NCBI GenBank assembly: GCA_020854015.1
Contig: JADZGG010000053.1
Location: forward strand, 1 to 33,747
Length of the DNA: 33,747 bases
DNA from: Flavobacteriales bacterium
GTDB lineage: Bacteria; Bacteroidota; Bacteroidia; Flavobacteriales_F; PHOS-HE28
Direction of reading: 5' to 3'
Below the pieces are notes generated by a model. That model did no database searches and was not told the origin of the DNA. It was given only the letters and a program-made list of their open reading frames with translations. A program made the translations under genes and the position numbers. Within the stretch, counting starts at the first letter, position 1. Each line of letters starts with the position of its first letter. Below, piece by piece: positions 9,640 through 16,327 of the stretch.

Positions 9640-10449
9640 GTGGTGCGTCAGAAGGAGGAGGTCGAGCGCCAAAGTCGCAAAGTGGTGGAGCTCTACAAGA
9701 ACGTGACGGACAGTATTAGGTACGCCAAACGCCTCCAAGAGTCGATCCTGCCGCCGGAGAAACGGATCAAAGAGCTGCTTCCCGAGAGCTTCGTGTTCTA
9801 CCGTCCCAAGGACATTGTCAGCGGAGATTTCTATTGGTTCGACAAGGTGGGGGAGAAGGTCGTGTTCGCGGCCGTGGACTGCACGGGTCATGGTGTGCCA
9901 GGGGCGTTCATGAGCCTTGTGGGCCACAACGGACTCAACCAAGCTGTGCGTGAACACGGTCTGGTCAGACCCAGCGAAGTGTTGCAGGACCTGAACCGCA
10001 TGGCCTTTGATGCGCTCCACAAGGATCGGGATCAGTTCGTGCGGGATGGCATGGACATGGCCCTGTGCACTCTGGATCAGGAGCGCCTCGTGTTGGACTA
10101 TGCCGGAGCCAACTGCCCCCTTTATTTGGTCCGTGATGGCGAAGTACTTCAATACACACCGGACAAGATGCCCATCGGGGGCTTCGAGTTGCAGGGGAAA
10201 GCCTTCACAGACCATCGCATCCAATTGCGGAAGAACGACATGGTCTACATCTTCTCGGACGGTTACGCCGACCAGTTCGGCGGACCGCGTGGGAAGAAGT
10301 TTCTCTACCGCAGGTTCCGCGAGCTGTTAGTGGAGATCCACGGGCTTCCGTTGGAGCGACAGAAGATCATGCTGCTCGAGGCCTTGAATCAATGGAAGGG
10401 TGCGCATGAGCAGGTGGATGACATCCTTGTGATCGGTATGCGGGCCTAA
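9640..10449 (+). CDS. SpoIIE/PP2C-family protein phosphatase domain (C-terminal part of the split sensor phosphatase)
   Basis: Same frame as 8665-9627, with GTG at 9640. It has a coiled-coil lead-in and PP2C motifs: SGDFYWF, DCTGHGVPGAFMS, DGMDMALC and FSDGYADQFGG. Confidence 0.85.
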   Translation: MVRQKEEVERQSRKVVELYKNVTDSIRYAKRLQESILPPEKRIKELLPESFVFYRPKDIVSGDFYWFDKVGEKVVFAAVDCTGHGVPGAFMSLVGHNGLNQAVREHGLVRPSEVLQDLNRMAFDALHKDRDQFVRDGMDMALCTLDQERLVLDYAGANCPLYLVRDGEVLQYTPDKMPIGGFELQGKAFTDHRIQLRKNDMVYIFSDGYADQFGGPRGKKFLYRRFRELLVEIHGLPLERQKIMLLEALNQWKGAHEQVDDILVIGMRA

Positions 10450-10460
10450 GAAGCTCCCAC

Positions 10461-10498
10461 GAATGAAGAAGGCCCTCTGCAGAGGGCCTTCTTCATTC
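10461..10498. terminator. Bidirectional intrinsic terminator (perfect 38-nt palindrome) between convergent genes
   Basis: GAATGAAGAAGGCCCTCTG/CAGAGGGCCTTCTTCATTC, read directly. It lies between the PP2C stop (10449) and the usp stop (10517). Confidence 0.7.
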
Positions 10499-10516
10499 GT
10501 GATGGTACTTCAGGAC

Positions 10517-11359
10517 CTATGGCCCCCATACCGGCATATTGCTGACCGTGTTGTTCAGCGGGTTCATGCACATCACGGGTACCATGGGTTCGTTGGTGAT
10601 GATCTCCTGCTCGTTCGGAACGCCGAGCACTCCGAAAAGGCTCTCCTGGAGCATGTTCACAATGGCGATCAGGTCGGCATCCACCTTCACGGCGTAGCGG
10701 ATCACACCCTTCACGAAATCATCACTACCCTCATCGAGGATCACGGATTCATGCTCCACACCACGGTCCTTCAAATAGGTGTTGGCGAACTTCATGTGGT
10801 TCACCAGCTGGTTGTGCAGGAACTCGTCGCTCTCTTTTGGGACCACCAAGTGCACGCGGCTTTTGAAGTATTGCGCCATGTCGGCGACCAGCGTCAGCTT
10901 GTGCCGGGTCTCTTTGTGCAGGTCCATTGGCACTACGATATCGCGGTAACCAGCCTCCTTCACATTTCGTTCCTGCACCACGATGAAGGGCACGGTGCTG
11001 TTCGTTATCACGCGGAGAGCTCGGCTCCCAGTGATGACCTGCATGCCACGCATGCCATGGGTGCCCATGATGATCAGGTTTGCTCCTATCTCAGCGGCCG
11101 CATCACCAATGTCCTCATAGACACTCCCCACGCGCACCAGCGGCGTAACCCTCACCAGCGAGCTCCACACCCGTGCGCGGTCTACCTCCATGTTGAGTTT
11201 GGTCATCGCCTCGTCGATGTGTGTGGGCTTGTCCACCACGTGGAACAGGCACACCTCGGCGCCTGTCCGTTCGGCCAGCTTCATCGCATGGTTCATGGCA
11301 CAGTCCGCCACCTTCGTGAAGTCCGTCGGAACCAGGATCTTCTTCTTCTCGTCGCTCAT
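10517..11359 (-). CDS. Universal stress protein, tandem UspA domains
   Basis: 280 aa. Starts MSDEKKKILVPTDFTKVADCAMNHAMKLA...; IIMGTHGMRG lies in the first half and a second Usp-like half follows. Confidence 0.88.
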   Translation of the reverse strand: MSDEKKKILVPTDFTKVADCAMNHAMKLAERTGAEVCLFHVVDKPTHIDEAMTKLNMEVDRARVWSSLVRVTPLVRVGSVYEDIGDAAAEIGANLIIMGTHGMRGMQVITGSRALRVITNSTVPFIVVQERNVKEAGYRDIVVPMDLHKETRHKLTLVADMAQYFKSRVHLVVPKESDEFLHNQLVNHMKFANTYLKDRGVEHESVILDEGSDDFVKGVIRYAVKVDADLIAIVNMLQESLFGVLGVPNEQEIITNEPMVPVMCMNPLNNTVSNMPVWGP

Positions 11360-11470
11360 GGATAACGCGTTTCGGTCTTGTCGCGGCTAAAGATAGAATG
11401 AAGGACAACGTAGCAGGCTCCCCCCACTAACGCGTTCGACCTCAGCACTTGACAGCACGGCCTAAGCGAC

Positions 11471-11550
11471 AGCAAACGCCTATAAACGCCTGCAAATGAC
11501 AACTGCCCGGATCTGCTTCACCGACCAATGGTCCTTTGCACCGTTCAACG
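11471..11550 (+). promoter_or_regulatory. Conserved non-coding block upstream of ssb paralog 1 (copy A), with phased AAACGCC repeats
   Basis: About three quarters of positions are identical, by hand alignment, to 16202-16282 upstream of ssb paralog 2. It contains AAACGCCTAT AAACGCCTGC AAATGAC at 10-nt phasing and a shared CCTTTGCA box. Confidence 0.45.
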
Positions 11551-11581
11551 GAAAAACAACGCAAGAAAACAAGTGGCGATC

Positions 11582-11938
11582 ATGGAAACGACCAAGCGGA
11601 ACAACGTGCAGTTGGTGGGCAACCTGGGCAATGACCCGGAGATGAAAGATGTGAAAGGCGGTCGCCGCATGGCCCGGATCAGCGTGGCCACCAACGAGCG
11701 CTGGAAGGACGCAAGCGGACAGTGGAAAGAGGATGTGCAGTGGCATCCAGTGGTGGCCTGGGGTAAGCAGGCAGAGTTGGTGGCCGACCAGCTTCGCAAG
11801 GGCAGTAAAGTGTCCTTGGAGGGGCGCTTGGTGCACCGGAGCTACGAAACGAAGGATGGCCAGAAGCGGTATGTGACGGAGGTGGTGTTGAGCATGTTCC
11901 GCTTGGTGAACACCGAGGTGGAGGAGCAGGTGAACTGA
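11582..11938 (+). CDS. ssb: Single-stranded DNA-binding protein, short tail-less OB-fold form (paralog 1)
   Basis: ATG at 11582. NNVQLVGNLGNDPEMK...ARISVATNERWKD...VQWHPVVAWGKQAE...KGSKVSLEGRLVHRSYETKDGQKRYVTEVV is the SSB OB-fold pattern. It ends ...NTEVEEQVN without an acidic DDDIPF-type tip. Confidence 0.85.
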   Translation: METTKRNNVQLVGNLGNDPEMKDVKGGRRMARISVATNERWKDASGQWKEDVQWHPVVAWGKQAELVADQLRKGSKVSLEGRLVHRSYETKDGQKRYVTEVVLSMFRLVNTEVEEQVN

Positions 11939-11961
11939 GGAGGAGGACCACCCGGAAAGAT

Positions 11962-11989
11962 GAAGGGCGCTGGATCTCCAGCGCCCTTC
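11962..11989. terminator. GC-rich hairpin terminator between convergent ssb-1 and the PKD/T9SS gene
   Basis: GAAGGGCGCTGGA..TCCAGCGCCCTTC inverted repeat, read directly, followed by GCATTTCGTT. Confidence 0.6.
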
Positions 11990-12008
11990 GCATTTCGTTG
12001 AGCTCTTC

Positions 12009-12869
12009 TTAGCGCTTTATAACGCGTAAGGTCCGCGTGACCGAAGGGGTTCGTACTTGAAGTAGGTATTGGCCCGTGGTCAGGTCGGTCAGGTCCATCA
12101 CATGACGTTCTACGGCAGTTGATCGCTCATGCCTGACCATGCGCCCCGTTAGGTCGTACAGCTGCAGATCCGCGACCTCGGCCGACCCACCCAGTTCAAT
12201 GTTCAGGTGGTCTGTTGCGGGCTGTGGGTAGATATGGGTCGGCGCCAGAAACGATCCAGCGACCCCTGTCGCGGATGCTAGTGTTTCGCAAGAAGTGGCA
12301 AAGCAGGTGTCCTGCGTCTGTGCGTTCCAATATCCTGCGGTGTAACACGCGGTGTAGGTTCCGGGTTGTTGATAGAAATGCTGCGTGGGGTCCCCAAACC
12401 CCGTATTGCCATCGCCGAAAGACCACCAGCTCCATGTGGCGGGAAGCGACGAGGTTCCATTGAACAACACCACGCCGCCGCCCTGGTCCTCCCAGGTGAA
12501 ATCGGAAACAAAGGTGCTATCGCAAGCCTGGCCACCGCCGGTCAATAGAACGAGCTCACAGTGGTCAGCGAAGCAAGTGTCCTGGGTGAAGGCGTCCCAT
12601 GCCCAGACGGTCAGGCAGATCTGGTAGGAGCCAGGTGAACTGTATACATGCCCTGTATTCGGCCCATAGCCATTCGTGCCGTCGCCGAAGGTCCAGAAAT
12701 AGGACCACTGGTTGCTGATCACCGTGTTCTGTAGGTTGACCGAAAGGCCCCCGACCCACGCGCTGAAATCAGCATTCAAACTGTCACAGGGCGATTGAGC
12801 CGCGGAGGCTTTCGAGAGCAGAATGGTTGAGAGCAGTAGTGTTCGGAAGGACCTCATGTTCACGATCAT
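12009..12869 (-). CDS. Secreted protein with two PKD-like repeats and a T9SS type-A C-terminal sorting domain
   Basis: Signal peptide MRSFRTLLLSTILLSKASAAQ. Repeats WTFGDGTNGYGPNTGHVYSSPGSYQICLTV and WSFGDGNTGFGDPTQHFYQQPGTYTACYTA. The C-terminus IYPQPATDHLNIEL...LQLYDLTGRMV...GQYLLQVRT...LRVIKR is Por_Secre_tail-like. The start is ambiguous (ATG 12869, GTG 12863 or ATG 12857). Confidence 0.82.
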   Translation of the reverse strand: MIVNMRSFRTLLLSTILLSKASAAQSPCDSLNADFSAWVGGLSVNLQNTVISNQWSYFWTFGDGTNGYGPNTGHVYSSPGSYQICLTVWAWDAFTQDTCFADHCELVLLTGGGQACDSTFVSDFTWEDQGGGVVLFNGTSSLPATWSWWSFGDGNTGFGDPTQHFYQQPGTYTACYTAGYWNAQTQDTCFATSCETLASATGVAGSFLAPTHIYPQPATDHLNIELGGSAEVADLQLYDLTGRMVRHERSTAVERHVMDLTDLTTGQYLLQVRTPSVTRTLRVIKR

Positions 12870-12929
12870 TGGTTACGATACAGACTGGCCCGATCCGCGG
12901 AACGTTGCCTGTGACCCGCGGACGGACGG

Positions 12930-14102
12930 TCAGTTCAGGACGATCCGCAACGTAATGAGAGGCGGGGCTCCAATGGTGTGGAGGAAGTAAAGGCCTGGCC
13001 GCAGGTCGCTCACATCCAACCGGTGGACGGCTTCGGACCCGATCAGAAAGGTGCGAACAACGCGTCCTGCAAGATCGCTCAGCTCCAATTGCTTCACCCC
13101 CGAGGGCAGCCCATCCACCCAGAGCGTTCCTTCCGAGGGGTTCGGCCATGCGCGCAAAGGGGAACCGCCCGTCACGTCCGTGACCCCGACCGCTGCGGCG
13201 TAAACGGAAGTGCACAACGTGCTTACACATGTGTCGGGGGTCAACGGACCCCAAAGCGAAATGGTCTCACACACCTCGTAGATGCCAGCGAAGTCATAGG
13301 TGTGATAAGCCACTGGCCCCGCCATCATGGAACCATCACCGAAGTCCCAGGAGATCTCGCTGTACATGCCTGTGGTGATGGAGGTATCCAGAACCCCCAC
13401 GGTGTTGTCCACGACGGCAGCGAGGAAGCCTTGCTGAAGCAAGGTCGAACAGGGCACATTGCCCGGACCCAGATAGAGCCACTTGCAGATGGTGTTGCTG
13501 CAGAGGTCCAGAGTGTCAGCTCCGAAAACGGTCAGGCAGACCTCGAAAGGGCCATTGCCCGTGAAGGTGTGCGTCGGTGTGGGGCCTACATCCAACGCAG
13601 CATCACCGAAGTTCCACGAATAGTAGCCGATGTTCCCGGCAAAAGTGCTCAACTCACCGAAAGTGACCGTGCTGTCCTGGATGTTGGTGATCGTGAAGTC
13701 GGCGTTCAACGTGGAACAGATGCTGTCGGCATAGATCGTGACCACCTTGCAGGCCGTGGTGCTGCATTGCTGGGATTGCTGGTCCAATGCGTCAACAGTG
13801 AGGCACACGGGCGTCGGGCCGGTCGCGAAGAACTGCTCTGTGAACGAGGGGTTCGGATTCGAGAGCGGAACGATGTTCAGGTAGTTCCAGGTCTGACCCA
13901 GTATGGTATGTCCGCCCGTATCGATGGCCGGAATGAAAGAGTAGGACATCAGGCCGTTGTCAACCACGGAAAAATCCACCACCAAAGCCGAATCGCAAGG
14001 GGGCCCGGCTGCGCGCGGGCTGCCATCGTATAGCTGGCCATGAGCGGCCAGGACCCCAAGAAGTGGAGTGGAGAGCAGGAGGGTTCGAAGGGAGCGGTTC
14101 AC
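12930..14102 (-). CDS. Secreted PKD-like repeat protein with a T9SS type-A C-terminal sorting domain (paralog of 12009-12869)
   Basis: GTG at 14102 overlaps the upstream stop as GTGA and gives the signal peptide (M)NRSLRTLLLSTPLLGVLAAHG. Repeats WNFGDAALDVGPTPTHTFTGNGPFEVCLTV and WDFGDGSMMAGPVAYHTYDFAGIYEVCETI. CTD is AWPNPSEGTLWVDG...LELSDLAGRVV...GLYFLHT...LRIVLN. Confidence 0.82.
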   Translation of the reverse strand: MNRSLRTLLLSTPLLGVLAAHGQLYDGSPRAAGPPCDSALVVDFSVVDNGLMSYSFIPAIDTGGHTILGQTWNYLNIVPLSNPNPSFTEQFFATGPTPVCLTVDALDQQSQQCSTTACKVVTIYADSICSTLNADFTITNIQDSTVTFGELSTFAGNIGYYSWNFGDAALDVGPTPTHTFTGNGPFEVCLTVFGADTLDLCSNTICKWLYLGPGNVPCSTLLQQGFLAAVVDNTVGVLDTSITTGMYSEISWDFGDGSMMAGPVAYHTYDFAGIYEVCETISLWGPLTPDTCVSTLCTSVYAAAVGVTDVTGGSPLRAWPNPSEGTLWVDGLPSGVKQLELSDLAGRVVRTFLIGSEAVHRLDVSDLRPGLYFLHTIGAPPLITLRIVLN

Positions 14103-15523
14103 GGAATTCGGGTAAAAGTGTAGCTCAATCGAACACGGAGCCCCATGCGCTCTGGTAGTACGAATGGTGAACCATTGGTGCCCCAGGCCGTAATGCCATG
14201 CATGTAGGTCGGCGTGGCCCAAAGCCCCCAATGCTCGCTCATCGCAAACCCCACATCCGCACCGAGCACGGCGGTCAAGGTGGTGTGGTACCTCGTGTCG
14301 TACGCCTGCGCGCTAAGATCAACGCTCATCACATCGCCCTCATCGTTCAAGTCCAACGTATAGCCCTGGCGCATGGCCACGAACTCAGCTGCCAGGCCCG
14401 CTCGCACACCAATGGTCCATCGTCGGTGTTGCTTGTGCCAATAGCCCTCTATGGCCACGCGAAAGATCGAGAAACGGTTCATGCCGCTCACCTGCTTGGT
14501 CTCCTCTGTCATGAAGGTGACCGTATCCACATTGCTCACGAACACTTGCGTGTCGAGGGTAATGAGGTAAGGCACGACGAGCATGGAATCGACCCGCACC
14601 CTGTCATCCAAGTGGTCATAGGCGTACTCGGATCCTTCGTACGCAAGGCCTGTGGAAAGTCCGAACCCGCTGCGCCATGAACGTCCGGCCAAAAGGCCGA
14701 GGCTCCACGTATAGTGAGGAACCTCCACCCCGTTCAATGCGCTTACGAGCAAGGGCTCATCCCCATACCAAGTGCGCTTGACATTGTGTCTGCCAACCTC
14801 GAGAGCCACCCACCAGTCTGCATTGGGAAGCACGTAAGGCGCTTGTGTTCCTCCGGACCTCATGGAGTCCAATGGGGGCGCTTGTCGCTGCATATCCGGG
14901 CTGACCAGGGGAAGCAGGTCGAGCTCGTTCATGGTCACGTCGCGTACGATACGCGCATCATGGGCCGTGGGTCGTGTGTTGACGACAGCCTCGACCGTGT
15001 TGGAACCGGGGACTGCTGTTGTAGATCCATGGCGAGGTGCGGCGGGTGCTGAAGCTCTTGCGGATGTCGTAGCTCCGGGTGTCACAGTGCTCGTGCTGGC
15101 TGTGACCGCAGGAACAGCATTGCTCGTGTTTTCCTGATCACTTGGACGGAGCCCTTCGGCAGCCACGGTCGGGGTTTCTTGTTGGGTCGAGGCTTGGTGA
15201 GGTGTTGTGGGCGTACCGGAGGAAGCGCTTTGCTCCGTAGCACCGATGGCCGCAGGTTCGGTTCCAGCGGTGGCTATGTTCTTATTCGGTCCCGATGATC
15301 CCTGCAGTTCGGCGATCGGCATCGGTGTGCCGTGGTCATTGTGGATCAAGAAGGCGCCAGCACAACCAAGCAGCAGCAGGCCGGCGGCCAACCAGCCCCA
15401 ATAGCCGCCGCGCCGCTTGGTCCGTTTGCGCACAATGCCCTCCCACACCGCTGGCGGCGGTGTCACCTCCGCGTCTTGCAGAACGCGGTGGAAGAGCTCA
15501 TCAATGGGATGTCTTTCGCTCAT
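14099..15523 (-). CDS. Anti-sigma-like membrane protein: short cytoplasmic N-terminus, one TM helix, Ser/Thr/Ala/Pro-rich linker and a C-terminal beta-barrel-like domain
   Basis: ATG at 15523 lies 23 nt inside the sigma gene. N-terminus is MSERHPIDELFHRVLQDAEVTPPPAVWEGIV, TM is YWGWLAAGLLLLGCAGAFLI, and a low-complexity linker of about 150 aa follows. The last ~250 aa show alternating beta-strand-like periodicity and end ...RVRLSYTFTRIP. Confidence 0.7.
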   Translation of the reverse strand: MSERHPIDELFHRVLQDAEVTPPPAVWEGIVRKRTKRRGGYWGWLAAGLLLLGCAGAFLIHNDHGTPMPIAELQGSSGPNKNIATAGTEPAAIGATEQSASSGTPTTPHQASTQQETPTVAAEGLRPSDQENTSNAVPAVTASTSTVTPGATTSARASAPAAPRHGSTTAVPGSNTVEAVVNTRPTAHDARIVRDVTMNELDLLPLVSPDMQRQAPPLDSMRSGGTQAPYVLPNADWWVALEVGRHNVKRTWYGDEPLLVSALNGVEVPHYTWSLGLLAGRSWRSGFGLSTGLAYEGSEYAYDHLDDRVRVDSMLVVPYLITLDTQVFVSNVDTVTFMTEETKQVSGMNRFSIFRVAIEGYWHKQHRRWTIGVRAGLAAEFVAMRQGYTLDLNDEGDVMSVDLSAQAYDTRYHTTLTAVLGADVGFAMSEHWGLWATPTYMHGITAWGTNGSPFVLPERMGLRVRLSYTFTRIP

Positions 15524-16190
15524 GTTCGTTCACTACGTCTTTACCTAAGCGTTGTTGCAGCATGCGCCTCGCCTTGGCCAACTGACTGCGCGAGGTGCTC
15601 TCACCACAGCCCAACATCGAAGCGATCTCGGCATGGTCGAAGCCCTCGATCGCGAACAGGTTGAACACCAATCGATATCCATCCGGCAGCCCCTCCACCA
15701 ACTTCAACAGCTCAGCCTCCCCCAGGTTCTCCACGGCCAACGGTGCCACAGGCTCCTCCGGCACATTCTCCAAGCCGAACTTCTCGTTCTGGAAGGCCTT
15801 GCGACGGTAGGTGTTGATGCAGGTGGTCACCATGATCCGGCGCACCCAACCCTCCAAACTTCCCTGTAGGCGGAAGGTGCCCAGCTTATCGAACACTCGG
15901 ATGAAGCCCTCTTGCATCAGGTCCTGAGCTTCCAGCTGATGGCGTGCATAGCGTAGACACACGGCGTACATACGCCGTGCGAACCGGGCATACAGCACCT
16001 CTTGGCACCGCCGATCCTCTCGCTGGCAACCTTCCACCAGCTCGCGTTCCGTTAGCTCGCTCAACTCAAAAAGGGCCTTTCCAATAGCAAGACGCCTTGA
16101 AGGGGCCTCCGCGCTGCCTTGTTCCGACCAATGCCCCAAACTACAGGAAGTGCCCGTCGGAACTGAGGATCGCTCAGGTTCCCGCATCAC
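15501..16190 (-). CDS. ECF-type RNA polymerase sigma-70 family factor
   Basis: Region 2 (DLMQEGFIRVFDKL...WVRRIMVTTCINTYRR) and region 4 (DGYRLVFNLFAIEGFDHAEIASMLGCGESTSRSQLAKARRMLQ) are present. The start is uncertain: GTG 16190 or ATG 16187 gives a ~45-aa N-terminal extension, while an in-frame TTG at 16064 would give a typical 187-aa ECF protein. Confidence 0.9.
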   Translation of the reverse strand: MMREPERSSVPTGTSCSLGHWSEQGSAEAPSRRLAIGKALFELSELTERELVEGCQREDRRCQEVLYARFARRMYAVCLRYARHQLEAQDLMQEGFIRVFDKLGTFRLQGSLEGWVRRIMVTTCINTYRRKAFQNEKFGLENVPEEPVAPLAVENLGEAELLKLVEGLPDGYRLVFNLFAIEGFDHAEIASMLGCGESTSRSQLAKARRMLQQRLGKDVVNEHERKTSH

Positions 16191-16201
16191 ACATCCCGTA
16201 A

Positions 16202-16282
16202 AACAAACGCTTGTGAACGCCTACAAATGACTATTGGCCGAATGACCCTCAGCGACCAGTCCTCCTTTGCATCGTCAATGGC
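16202..16282 (+). promoter_or_regulatory. Conserved non-coding block upstream of ssb paralog 2 (copy B)
   Basis: Aligns without gaps to 11471-11550. It carries AAACGCTTGT GAACGCCTAC AAATGAC and the CCTTTGCA box, and lies between the divergent ECF sigma gene and ssb-2. Confidence 0.45.
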
Positions 16283-16327
16283 AACAACGCCAAGAACTGC
16301 GAGAAAGAAACTTAAAACCAAGTCGTC

